64,000 nt of DNA, taken from assembly GCA_964016885.1 (NCBI GenBank), contig OZ024740.1, positions 351,168,001 through 351,232,000 on the forward strand, in the 5' to 3' direction. Positions 14,560-26,801 of the stretch are shown here, in pieces. Each line of letters starts with the position of its first letter. The stretch's first letter is position 1. Made by a program: the position numbers and the translations under genes. The notes beneath the pieces were generated by a model. That model did no database searches. It was given only the letters and a program-made list of their open reading frames with translations, and was not told the origin of the DNA. This stretch comes from Eledone cirrhosa (Eukaryota).

Positions 14560-15627
14560 ATGAACATGCTAACTATTATAACGCAGCATTATATAGCTTT
14601 ACATAACATAGCTTTATATAAGGCAGGACATAAGGAGGGGCTCATATACATACCAGATAGAGACAGCAACAACAAACCTAACGACAGCTACACTACACAC
14701 ACCTATAGAAATAACAAACATAGGACTAAACATAGAATTAGACAACAAGCACCAGAAATAACTGAACCGAATACTAACATAAGAACCCCTAGGAACTATA
14801 GAAAATCCAGAGATAGGAAATACTTATGGTTCAATCCAATATTCAACTCCTCTATAAAAACCAAACTACCTTCTACATTCTTTGAGCTAATTGACAAACA
14901 CTTCCCTAAACTACACAAATACCATAGAATCTTTAACAGAAAAACTATGAAACTATCTTACTCTACTGCAGCCAACATAGAATCATACATACATAAAATC
15001 AACTACAAAAGAATCTCTAAAGAAAATAACCTACCAACATACACCATAGCACCAAATACAAAACGCAAACACATAACAACATCCCAACCACACACACATC
15101 AAGGCGCATCACAACGAAACATTAATAGGCCTAAATCTCAACCCACCCATAACAACATGCAAAACCGCAACGGAGAACCTGCACACAGGAAGGCCCCCAA
15201 CTGTAACTGCCACCTACCGGATAAGTGCCCACTACAAAATAGATGCCTGGATTCAAGTGTGGTGTACCTGTGTACTATAAATTCAGGCAATTTAACATGG
15301 CACTACATAGGTCCCACGGCTGGGGAGTTAAAAAAAAGATTGTACGTTCACAGACACTCCATGAAGAACCGTAGACTGGAGAACTCTACAACGCTGGCCA
15401 ATAAAATCTGGCTGCTTAAGAACACAAACCAGGAATATAGGATTATCTGGTCAAAATTATCGGGGGCAAGGGCCTACAACAATGGAATGTCCCACTGCGA
15501 ACTTTGCAATATGGAGCTATTCCATATTTTAAGGTACGATAAGATGCTGCTTAGCAGCAAAATAGAAAGATCGATTTTCTGTAGGCACAAAGCAGCTACC
15601 AAGTTCACAAATTTCAAACTACCATGA
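14560..15627 (+). pseudogene. PLE thumb/linker plus GIY-YIG endonuclease, open segment of a disrupted ORF
   Basis: WFNPIF..LIDKHFP..HKYHRIFNRKTMKLSYS, CNCHLPDKCPLQNRCL, VVYLC..HYIG..LKKR..H, CELC..E, CRH. Confidence 0.9.
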
Positions 15628-16150
15628 TTCGACCCAGCAATCCCAGAATTCGAACTGAACCACCCGGATTTTAACGTACGAAATACATACCACCAGACTG
15701 TTATTAGCTGTCAACTGACGGACTGGTCACTAGATCATAAATCTCCTAACCTTTCTTTCACTCTCTCTCTGAATCTACATCAACCTCATTAAGATAAGAC
15801 AATCAACAGGCCAAATATCTACCACACACACATATCAAAACCCCCCTACCCCATCCATCCTTAGCCCTTATGTCTCATTATCAACTATCGTATTCTGCAC
15901 TTACTCTTTTACTCTTTTACTCCTTTACTCTTTTACCTGTTCCAGCCATCCGGCTGAGGCCATGCTGGGGCACCGCCCTTATATACTTTTATACTTTTAC
16001 TTATTTTTTATTTCTTTATCTTTTTACTGTTTTTACTTTTTACTTCTGTAACTTCTTTGCCAATTTATCATTATATTTTATTATTGATGTTTTTGTTTTG
16101 ATTCTATGCTGTATCTCTATATATATTCCATGCTATATGTGAGTTCTCTG

Positions 16151-16261
16151 GTATTCTGAAGATTTGATCAGAGGTAAATACTGTATTAAAGGTCGAGTGA
16201 CGCAACTTCGAGTGATTAGCGGCCTTTAGACTCACATGATCAATGAAACAATTGTTAATAC
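16151..16261 (+). ncRNA. Hammerhead ribozyme with ~80-nt stem II in the PLE 3' pseudo-LTR
   Basis: gtatt CTGAAGA t ttgatca...tgatcaa t GAAA caattg TT aatac, then AATAAA. Confidence 0.85.
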
Positions 16262-16590
16262 TTGAAATAAAGCCCCTTGTTGTACAGCAGACCATGTTAT
16301 TCTTCAATCTTTCACTATATATATATATATATATATAAGAAAGTGAGGGTTTTTTTTACAAAATGAAAAATAACCGAGGTGTCCTACACGAGTGAAAGTA
16401 TAAAGAAAAAGAGATGAAATCAAAAATGCAACTGGAGTCTTATTTTTTTTTTTAAATATATATATTTATTTGGTTCCTTTACCGGTTTCGCAGTTCTTCT
16501 GCTTTTCAAAAGGTGAGTTGAGATAGAGGGTCTGTGGTTTTTCTCACATATATATATATATATATATATATAAATGAAAGGTATAGAAAG

Positions 16591-16674
<84 letters not shown>

Positions 16675-16727
16675 TAATAAAAACAATGAATAAAAACAAA
16701 GAAACAGTTCCTTATATTAAAAAATTC

Positions 16728-16834
16728 ATCATTTTACGATCGTTTCTAGGATATATATGTGTGTGTTGGTATGTATATCATATAGATCTATGTAAAAATT
16801 TTACAAACTATCATATGCTGTCTTCAGAAATAAT
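16728..16834 (-). ncRNA. Hammerhead ribozyme with long stem II (family shared with 42843-42990)
   Basis: Minus strand: attattt CTGAAGA ...ccta GAAA cgatcg TA aaatgat. Confidence 0.75.
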
Positions 16835-17013
16835 TGTTTCTACGGTTGGCACAAGGCCAGCAAATTACCCGGTGCATTACTGGTACTTTATTTTATCGAC
16901 CCCGTAAGGATGAAAGGCAAAGTTAACCTCGACGGGATTTGAACTCAGAATGGCAAGGGCCGTAACTCCATGCATCAAAGCATGGCGTCCGAAGATCTAC
17001 CGATACTGCCAAA
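16831..17013 (-). mobile_element. tRNA-derived SINE with a Meta/MESC-like central domain
   Basis: B box gagttcaaatcc and conserved ctttgcctttcatccttacggggtcgataaaataaagtaccag; many near-identical copies in the window; domain name is from recall. Confidence 0.85.
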
Positions 17014-17014
17014 T

Positions 17015-18025
17015 TTGTTTATTGAATAAAAACAACAAAGATTTAATATAATAGGTCTGTTTGGGAACAGGTTTTGAATTGACCAATAGAAAAGTAGTAA
17101 GTGGTCAAGCTGATAGAATAGTAGTAGTAGAAATTTAATTTACGGGTAGAGGAATACAGACTTCAGATTTGAATGGAAAGAATATTTTGAATGAAAAGAT
17201 TACTTTGGGGATGAAAAGAGGTCAAGCCGGTGAAAGGTACACGAAAATTTGATGTTATTAAAGAATAATGCTAATGTTCAAATCGAAGGAGAATAAAATT
17301 TTAGGATAAATGTGTTAGTGAGAAATACCAATCTTATTTAAAACATAAGGAATTTAGATCTATAAAAAGAAATTAAATTAATTTAATTGATAGGTATACT
17401 TATAGGGATAAATTTATATTAATTCATATAGATGTGATAAATAAGAGTTAGATGTTATTAAAGAATGTTGTTAAAAACGAAGGAAAAAGATTTTCTGCGG
17501 GTTAAATGTATTAGTGAGAAATAACAAACTTATATAGACTACAAGGAATTTAGATTCATAACAGGAAATTAAAATAATTTATATGTATACTTTTAGGTAT
17601 TAATATTAGGAAAAGATAGCTGTAAAAGGGAAATAAACTTATCAAGTTTTCAGTAGTAAAATACTAATTATAGGTTAACTAAATTAAAAAATCTAATTAT
17701 AATAATTTGTAAAATATAAGTGTATATTAATTAGGTTTATAATATTTGAAAGTTCTTCTAATTCTATGATTGCACGATATAATTAATTCTTGTCGCTTAT
17801 TTAATAGGATATCCTTAGATTTCATTATTTCAAAAAGTTCCTGGGAACATAATCTACACTCATATCTGTTATTTTGATAAGGGGTGGCCCTTTTGAGCAC
17901 ACTCCAGGTCAGGTTATAATCGATATTCTTTTTTCTATAATTATTAATTATTTCAGCCAAGGATGTTGTATTAGCTAATGTGGCATTTTTAAAACTGTGT
18001 TTGTGGGTATTAAATCTTACTTTAT
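17015..18025 (-). mobile_element. 5'-truncated PLE (GIY-YIG C-terminus plus 3'UTR), same family as 61565-64000
   Basis: KVRFNTHKHSFKNATLANTTSLAE...CRLCSQEL...ISCNH..TFKYYKPN is nearly identical to the end of ORF 62793-63758. Confidence 0.9.
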
Positions 18026-18033
18026 ATATATAT

Positions 18034-18085
18034 ATAACAAAGTGTGGTAAGATACTAGGTGGACCATAATATAGGAAAAGAGCCA
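18034..18085 (-). mobile_element. Short deleted copy of the hairpin element family at 52644 and 55144
   Basis: Minus strand ctcttttcctat..atggtccacctagtatcttaccacactttgtta matches the 3' parts of those elements. Confidence 0.65.
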
Positions 18086-18200
18086 TATATATTTGTGTAC
18101 GTTGTGTGTGTGTGTGCGTCTGTGTGTGTGTTTATGTATAAAAACATACTCCCGTTAAAAGTATTTTAAGCTTGTTGTACATGCTTCCATGTACGCCCCA

Positions 18201-18307
<107 letters not shown>

Positions 18308-19787
18308 CATTCATACTATTTGCTATGCAATGTTTGTGTGTATAAATAGATGTTTTGCAAATAAAGACTTCCTCCATGTACAGAAGGTCAAGATTTGATA
18401 AGGGAAATTAGGCGTGGTTAATAGCTATTTTAGTGTAATTCCGTGCATTACCTTGGAAAAATAAAAACCGTAATTTTATAGCACGAGATAACTAGAAGAT
18501 AAAACATCAGCTGGTGGTTACCACTTCGTTGTATGCGCTATAATTAATCCCCTGCATAAATATCTTTTTTACATATGTATGAATGTGTGCGTATGTATAG
18601 CTATAGATACATACATACATTTATTAGATGTGTGTATAAATATATATATGTATATCTATATATCTATATCTATCTATCTATCTATCTATCTATATATATA
18701 TATATACATGTGTGTGTGTGTTTATTTATTATTTAGTTCACTATTTTATTTTTTATTTTATTGTTTTTTATCTTAATTTAATTTAATTTTGTTACTTTTT
18801 TATCTACTTTTTATATCATCCCAACTTATTTTATTTCATTTTCTATTTTAATCTATTGATTATTACAATTTTGACCTTATTTTAATTTATTGTCAGTTAG
18901 TCTATCCTACTGCTCACGTTACATAATAGATTTTATCCTTCCTTTTAGTATCTTATCAGTTAGACATAGTGGTCCCTGGGATGTGTGACAGTACCAATAA
19001 TATGTACGGAAAGGTTTATTTCCCGACAGGGTTGTGTGTGCATGTACTTACACAAGTGTGCACCATATTCTAGTCGCTGCTATGTTTTTTGTGGTTGTGA
19101 TGATACACAAAATCACCTCAAATAGTGTTGTTGTTGCTTGCAATATGTTAAGGAATACATTCTGACAATACTAACTTCACCCTGGAAATTCCCATTTATA
19201 TCACAATATTCCACTCTGACGCAATTCGCTCATTGAGTGCTTGAATCTTCTCAGTTGGTGTAACCTTATTAACCTACCCCATGAAACTACATAACAATAT
19301 ATACCTGATGATGTGGGGAGAACAGGGTTTCTGTGACTTCGCCTAAATGTGTTATAATCCCGTTAAGCTTTATATTTGTTAAATTCTAAATTGATTAAAC
19401 TCTAAATTTATTTAATTATATCCTTTTAATTTAATATATATTTTTATTCAACCTCAGTTTTACTGTTATTTTTCGTTCCGATCACTTTAATCCGCACCTA
19501 GCAATAACGAGTGAGGAATGTATTAGGTTGGTAAGATAAACTTATTACTACTCCTACTACTTGTTGATAGACAGGAGGGAAGGAAGATAGGATTCTCAAT
19601 AAATGAACCTTGGTGGATGTGGTGCAAGGTGGGAGACTATCCCTCACCTCTGCCCAATTGTTGGAGAGGGGTAGAAATCATATGGGACCGGCTAATCTAA
19701 TGGGTAACAAGTTCTCCGCCACAGTCCTCGTATCGATAAACTTTAGAAGCTGCTTGTTTTTTGTCTTTTGTTTTTTTTTCTTTGAAT

Positions 19788-19868
19788 GCTATCTGATAAC
19801 CTCGGGCCGACCGTTGCGTAGAAATCTCACCACCTATTCATTGACCACAGAGAAATATGTATAATAGC
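19788..19868 (+). ncRNA. Degenerate hammerhead (core CTGATAA)
   Basis: gctat CTGATAA ... GAAA tatgta TA atagc, then AATAAA; G8 mutated and stem II poor. Confidence 0.55.
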
Positions 19869-19943
19869 TGAATAAATTTATGCACAACTTCACATGGCCA
19901 TAGATAATATTTACTGCATTGCGTGTGTATATATATATATATT

Positions 19944-20120
19944 TTTTTGTGCTGCTGGGTTTCCACTTACCCACCTAACGCATGTGTGCGTATGGTCTTG
20001 TTAGGTGGGTAAGTGGAAACCCAGAAGCACAAAAATGAAGGGTGTCAAAGGACAGATGAACTCCACAGAGTCAACGGCCTTCCACCCCAACTATGGGTTA
20101 AATCCTTTCAGTATTTCATA
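19944..20120 (+). repeat. Fold-back insertion with 36-bp inverted arms
   Basis: 19944-19979 is inverted at 20000-20035 with a 20-nt spacer; the right arm continues ~85 nt further; (TA)n on the left. Confidence 0.8.
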
Positions 20121-21409
20121 TAATGTGTGTGCATATATGTGTGTGTGTGTTTATGTATATTGGATGATACAATGTCTGCTTTTCTTCCATTTATCATTGT
20201 CAAATATTTGATGAAATATTTTCTGTTTCTTTCTCTGATACGAATATGTATAAGCATGATATAAGATGCATATTCGCTTTAATGAACAAGATTTATCTCA
20301 TTTCGTTGAGTCTGAATATCCTGTACACATATATACAGACAAACACAAACACATGCGATGTTTTTATTTTTATTTTACACAAAAAAGCGAACAAACATGC
20401 ATACATGTCACACATATATTAAGTTACGTGCAAGCACAAACATCAAATACACTCACATACAATCTCTCTCTCTCTGACACACACACACACAAACACACAT
20501 ACCAACACCGTATCAGATGCTTCTATATAAATTAGCAGGCTTCTTTCTATGTCATGTATTCTGCTTCAGTTTATTCTTCAAACAGATTACGGGTGTAACT
20601 GACGGGTGTCGTTAATCAATCTAAATTGTGTTTAAAATGAGAAGCTTTAGATATCTCCTAATCTTATCATTATATGAAATTCTAGAAGTGGTGCCGCATG
20701 CAATCAACGCCGATGCCTGAGCATTTCAGGTCATAGGCTAGATCTACAAAGTACACTTCCTTCTCCTAGTTATACTCTTGTTCTTTAAAATAAAATAATT
20801 TTAAATTTACAGTTTAGTAAGCTGACAACCCGAGGCTTAGGCACTCCTTGATTTGACCAGACTAAGAAAATTACTATGCTTGCATATTCCACTACAATAA
20901 CTCTGGCCAAATTATGTTACATGTCATAACAACATACGACCTTCTCCACCGCTCTGGATATGTCCTCAATGCTGCTACGCAGAAAAGATGTTTAGCTATG
21001 TTTTTATTGATCGCAGGAAGTTGATATATTGAAGTTAATAATACAAATATTTATAAAAGTTTGGTTCTTTAAGGTTAAGAAATGCGCCCCACGTAGGTCT
21101 GCGTCCTAAGTGGTGGCCTTGCGTGCCGTGTATATGATAGCTATGAAAGACAAATATTTGTTTCCTAAACATTTCCTAATATTTGTTTAGAAGCACAAAC
21201 AACCTATAGATATTGGGTCTGGTTTTAGCCACCACGTTACCTGTGGAAACACAAAGCCCCCCCCCCCCGCATCAGAATCAATAAAGGGTGCACTGTGAGG
21301 TGTGTCCAAAAATTCTTGTTCTGTTTGAACGGGTACATCTGTGTTCTTTGGTATTGATTTTAAGACAACTTTATGTCAGCAGATTGGCAGAATAATTAGA
21401 ATGCCTGCT

Positions 21410-21840
21410 TCCCTCCCTTCTTTCGCCGAAAAGAAGTAAGTGACATAGTCACTACTTTAAAACCGATAGCGTGTGGTCTTCAAAATGTTTTTAATTAAAC
21501 ATACGGTATATTGCCAAATATACTATACATACATTCATGTATACATCGCTATTTCAGAGCACCAATCCTAATACCTAATTTTTGCTGGACCGGCAATCTC
21601 TCTGTATAATCAGCTCCTGATTATTACTGGAATTCTATAAGAATCCAGCTTCTATAATTTTCGGCGGAAGCAGGGAGTGCGTGGCTCTGATGATCGCCAA
21701 ACAGCGTGAAACAGACTGTTAGCTTCTCTCCCTTCTTTCGCCGAAAAGAAGTAAGTGGCATAGTCACTACTTTAAAATAATAGCGCAAGGTCTTCAAAAT
21801 ATTTTTAATTAAACATACGGTATATTGCCAAATATTCTAT

Positions 21841-21845
<5 letters not shown>
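21410..21845 (+). mobile_element. Partial tandem pseudo-LTR (unit ~315 bp) containing a hammerhead
   Basis: ~21413-21530 is repeated at ~21728-21845; HHR lies immediately before the second repeat; ends in (TA)n. Confidence 0.8.
21683..21724 (+). ncRNA. Minimal hammerhead ribozyme
   Basis: ggct CTGATGA t cgc-caaaca-gcg t GAAA cag-a-ctg TT agct. Confidence 0.8.
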
Positions 21846-21875
<30 letters not shown>

Positions 21876-21884
21876 CGCACACAC

Positions 21885-21971
<87 letters not shown>

Positions 21972-22052
21972 TTATTCCGGGTTCAGTCAGGGGTAACCAC
22001 AGTAAGTAAGGTACTCAATACATAGCAGAGTATAAATGTTTTAATATAGAAA

Positions 22053-22103
22053 AGCTTCTACAGGACTAGAACTGTTTCATTCGTGAGAAATCATCAGGAA
22101 GCT
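22053..22103 (-). ncRNA. Type I hammerhead ribozyme at the 5' end of a ~140-bp solo pseudo-LTR (21968-22105)
   Basis: Minus strand: agcttc CTGATGA t ttc-tcac-gaa t GAAA cag-ttctagtc-ctg TA gaagct. Confidence 0.88.
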
Positions 22104-23455
22104 GATATATATTTATATGTATGTATGTATTCCAGCGTATTCTTTCTACATATTCGTTGAAAGCCACAACAAAGAGCAATGTCAGTCGTCTATGCAACAT
22201 CAAAATGTTTAGGATTTAGTCTTTGTGAAGATTCCTGACTGAGAGTATATTGAGTATATGAGCTATATTTATAGTGTTGTCAACTTAAAGACACTTGATT
22301 CCTAGAAACTGTAGGATACTGAACAAAGTCCCATTTTTTAGTTCAATTCACAATCTCGTCAACTTTTCCATTCAGTCTTATGGGGTCCATTAAATACATA
22401 CTACTCAAGTACTAAACCGAATAAATAGATTACAGTCTTCATACCCGACACTTGTTATTATATGCCAAATATAGTTAACATGTTTTCACTAAACACAACA
22501 ATCCAAATCTTTAGACGTGGGGAAATGGAATATTGTAACACTCTTACCTTTCACAAATATGTCATCAACGTAAATGAAGTGTATGGATAAATGTTGTAAA
22601 TCGAAACCAGCATCGATTTAATCGAGTTCAGTATATTAATGGGACTTATTTTATAAACTTCGAGCTGATAAAAATCAAAGTTGTCTCTTCAGGTTTTGAA
22701 CCCAGAAAATTAAAAGATAATTCTAGAACTCTAGCGTTTCTTCACTCCATCGACTTAATTTGATTATATAATACAAATGTTAATTTGAAATATAGCTTGC
22801 GGTTGATGAAATTGGTTAATTACAGTATATAGAACTTTTCAGACATTGATGATTTGCTCTGCTTTTAGAAGCATTCTACAGAAATGAGACAGTAAATTTT
22901 TACAGTAATCAATTAGTTGTTTCAAATATTAGTTTGACAGAGTGATAGAGTGCAAAAGTAAACTCTTAACGAAGCGTGTCTACGTGCTGACTTCGATTCC
23001 TGGTTTCAGACATATCACTTTATTAGATTTAGAAGCATAATATAATCTACAGTCACGTGCTAATGTTTAAAAATAAATAAATTACCGCAGGCAATTAGTA
23101 AGTTGTGAATTTGTGGCTGATTTAAACTTTATTCATTCCCATCCACGATTCGTTGAATGAATTGTCAGTAATATGTACATTATTGAATATGCAATCCTTT
23201 ATATACCTAAATTTCTATTTGTGTTGCCTTTTCTAAACGCTCATGGTCCTCTTTTGAACCATAATTACCTGCATGTCTCATTCCTCCTTGACGCTATAAC
23301 TTGGAAAAAGCCATTTTACCCAATGCAAGAGTTACTAAACCCACTACTATTTGCATATAAAAGGCTGATTTGCAATAAAATTATTTAAAGGCAATAATGA
23401 CTGCCATAAATTAACTTTAACAATGTATTTGTACCCCATTATATATTTATATAAG

Positions 23456-23643
23456 GGCGGTGGATTGGCAGTATCGGTAGAGGGTCGGACGCCATGCTTT
23501 CCAGCATAGTTACGTCCCTTTACTATCTGAGTTCAAATCCCGCCGAGGTTGACTTTGCCTTTCATCCTTACGGTATCGATAAAATAAAGTACCAGTAATG
23601 CACTGGTTAATTGCTGGCCTTGAGCCTAAAGTAGAAACAATTA
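23456..23643 (+). mobile_element. tRNA-derived SINE (Meta/MESC-like), full length
   Basis: ggcggtggattggcagtatcggtag head, B box gagttcaaatcc, conserved domain, tail gcctaaagtagaaacaatt. Confidence 0.88.
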
Positions 23644-24479
23644 TATATTTATATTTATACCCTACCCCCACCGATAAAAAATCTTAGAAACAAATAATAT
23701 ATAGTAACAAAAAGTATTCTTACGGTTGGTGCATTGTCTAGTGTGAACTCATTGGTTGATTCACCGCCCATGTTTCGTTTTTTCTTAAATTCTTTTTTCA
23801 GTAACTAGTTGTAGTATTTTGGCAACAAAGATCCTCTTTTTTATGATATTAAAATAGTTGTGAGCTTTGGTGATAGTTAAGTCACCCAGTTAAAGTTATC
23901 CATCCAAAATCCATAGCCCAAGAAAGCCCTAGGTGTACATAAATGTGCTTTGTCTCCCCTCAAATTATGTTTGGCCGTTGGTTTATATGTGAAATCTCTT
24001 CCCTTTGAAAGATATTACCTCTACAAAACGTCATCATCGAGTAGACCAACGAGAGGAGAGATTTAGTAATTGATTACACTGCCATGAGGCAGATTCTACT
24101 AGATGAAATAATACAGTTAAATGTGAACTGCCCATGATAGAGTCTGATTTTGCCAGACCAACAAAATAAGAGGTAATTTCTCCCAACAAATGTGCTGAAA
24201 GCAGCACTTCCCTCTTCCCTCTCAATCTGCTTTTCAATTGAAACTTGAAAAGGTTTATGAAGTCTTAACTAAAGATGAAATCTCTTTTAATCTTGTCCGC
24301 CATACAACCTTTTTTTCCACCAGACATAAAAACTGCTTACCGTCCTTCTTAGCGAATGGAAGGCAGCAGGTGATCTTCACAGTAGACCCAGCTGAATAGC
24401 TGGATCCGTCATACACGTGATGATAGTTCTTCAACAAAATTTCACAAGTCAGAAATGCTCGGTCCCTGGAGGAGTGTGT

Positions 24480-25202
24480 GCAGGACGGTTTCATTACCCT
24501 GCTTGCATCTCAGACAAGATTAGCAAATGGCAGAGTTTATATAGGAAACCAAGGAATTTGATGACAATATATAGAGCCTTACATCCACAAGCAGATATCG
24601 ACAGGCCACATTTCAACAGAAAAGAGAGAGAGCTAGAACCGATAAGCATAGAAAGCAGTGTGAGAATAATGATAGAGTGATTGAGGAAGTATGTTGCTGA
24701 TAGTGAAGAGGTGCTTTTAGTAGCAGTACAAGAAGAGATAATAAGTGAAGGGAAAGAAAAACGTGAATTCCTCAAAACTAGAAAGCTTACACAGAAAGTT
24801 TTACAGAAATACTGAATAGCATCGAGTGGAAAATCATTCCAGTCGCTAAAAGACAGAGACAGAAGGGTTTGTCTTAGCCGCACAGGATCAAGTAATCAGA
24901 ACAAGATATATAAGGAATATAGATAAAGAAGACATCTCGGTTGCTTGTAGAATGCGTGATGAAAATGAAGAGACGGGGGCACATGTGATCTCTAAACGTA
25001 AGATGCTCGCTCAACAATATAAGAACTGGCGGCATGACAAAGTTGCCACAATCTTACATTGACGAATGTGTAAAAAGTTTGAATTTGAACATACGAAGAA
25101 GTGATATAACCACATACCAGAGCGTGTCACTTAGAACAATGGTGTAAAAGAATTATGGGACATAAAGATTCAAACGGATAAGCAAATGGAGCATTCACAC
25201 CC

Positions 25203-25203
<1 letters not shown>
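24480..25203 (+). mobile_element. R4/Dong-like REL-LINE fragment (thumb, CCHC knuckle, start of REL)
   Basis: LMTIYRALHPQADIDR, AQDQVIRT, CRM..ETGAHVISKRKMLAQQYKNWRHDKVA, LWDIKIQTDK; contains stops. Confidence 0.8.
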
Positions 25204-25233
<30 letters not shown>

Positions 25234-25243
25234 GATAGATAGA

Positions 25244-25326
<83 letters not shown>

Positions 25327-25954
25327 GGAGGTATGTTAATGTTAGATAGTTGTAAATTTACGGAGTTAAAAGTAACAACACTCCTTTGGTGGAGTGACTC
25401 TATACATGTAACAAAGTCGTATTTACCATATATATGTCTCGGTTGACTGATAATATAATTTAAACGTTTTTGTTGTTCTTGTTAATTCGTTTGACCAATA
25501 TTTGGAGAAATTATATTGTGAAGTTTTTTCAAAGTGACTCTGGATTAATTTGAATGAGACCTCAATATGTTGAAGTTTGCTTCGTATCTGCTTCAACGAC
25601 AGGGTATTGAACAGTTGGGCTTTTTTGTCGATAATATGATTCAGACATGGAACGTCTATATTTTCAGTTTGGGAGAGACAAAACCATGCATTTATGAGAA
25701 GATCGATCTCAATCTCAGACAAATTTCGTTTGTTGTAAACATGTTGATAGATATCTATTTACTGGTATCCACCTGTTTGTGGTGGGGCCGATAACGTTGT
25801 TAGAACTTATTGCGGCCTTGAAGGGATGGTTTCAATAAGATTTGGCGGTGGGTGCTAAAGTTTTTGTAGAGGGCTCTCGTCGCATAATGTTCCCTCGAAG
25901 TTCTATTCAAGCTATAGAGTCTTCTTCTTTTCTTCATCTTCTTTGCTTATTTAT

Positions 25955-26290
25955 TCCTGAGAGCGTCATGGGGGCAGAGTCCTCAAACACACTTTCCAGC
26001 ATGTCGTGTCAGAAGCAACCGTCTCCAACTGATCCGGCTGGATCTCCAAGCGAGACGAGCCGAGTTCATGGATGTTATCAAACCATCTTGCTCGGGGTGT
26101 ATCCCAGAGTCAGCTGCCGGGTGGTTTTGCTCGTAAAATCAGTCCAGCGATTATTTCTTGAAATATTCTAACCACATGCCCATAGTATCGGAGCTGTGAT
26201 CTCTCAATTCGGAGACTTAGTGGATCTACCTGGAGTGACTCTCTGATTTCCGAAATACGCACTCTGTCGAGTCAATTATGCGAGCGCATG
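25955..26290 (-). mobile_element. RTE-clade LINE 3' fragment
   Basis: Minus strand ERSQLRYYGHVVRI..R..K..G..PRARWFDNI, typical of an RTE C-terminus; homologous to 31225-31560. Confidence 0.75.
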
Positions 26291-26303
26291 TGTATGTGTG
26301 CGC

Positions 26304-26419
26304 TGAACAGTGAAAATAATATAAAACAAAAGTCTAAGATAGGTTCACAATTAGTTCATAATTAGTTCATAATTAAGAACCTATCTTCGACTTTCGTTTT
26401 ATTTTATTTTCATTGTTCA
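26304..26419. repeat. 43-bp imperfect inverted repeat whose spacer holds a short tandem (aattagttcat)
   Basis: tgaacagtgaaaataat..gataggttc pairs with gaacctatc..ttttcattgttca. Confidence 0.8.
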
Positions 26420-26468
26420 ACACAAACACACACACACGCATACATAATACATTTATACACTTACATAC

Positions 26469-26510
<42 letters not shown>

Positions 26511-26569
26511 GTTAGTTTATATATATGCATATATATATATATATATATATATAATAATTATAATAATAA

Positions 26570-26714
26570 TATATAAGAACCCTAGAGCAAATATTTATTA
26601 AAATAACAGATTAAAGTTTAACCAAAGAATCGCTGCTTTCACCCTTAACGGGATCTTCTGAAGATTCCGTTAAGGGTGAAAGCAGCGCTTCTTTGCTTAA
26701 ACTTTAATCTGTTA

Positions 26715-26722
<8 letters not shown>
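26570..26722 (-). mobile_element. Pseudo-LTR fragment folded back at its hammerhead core (63-bp arms)
   Basis: 26596-26658 is inverted at 26660-26722 around TCTTC-T-GAAGA; sequence matches 45038-45128. Confidence 0.88.

Positions 26723-26801
<79 letters not shown>

Noticed and set aside
19308-19356. CTGATGA followed by a hairpin, possible hammerhead
   Set aside because: GAAA is replaced by TAAA and stems I and III do not pair well; at best a decayed copy
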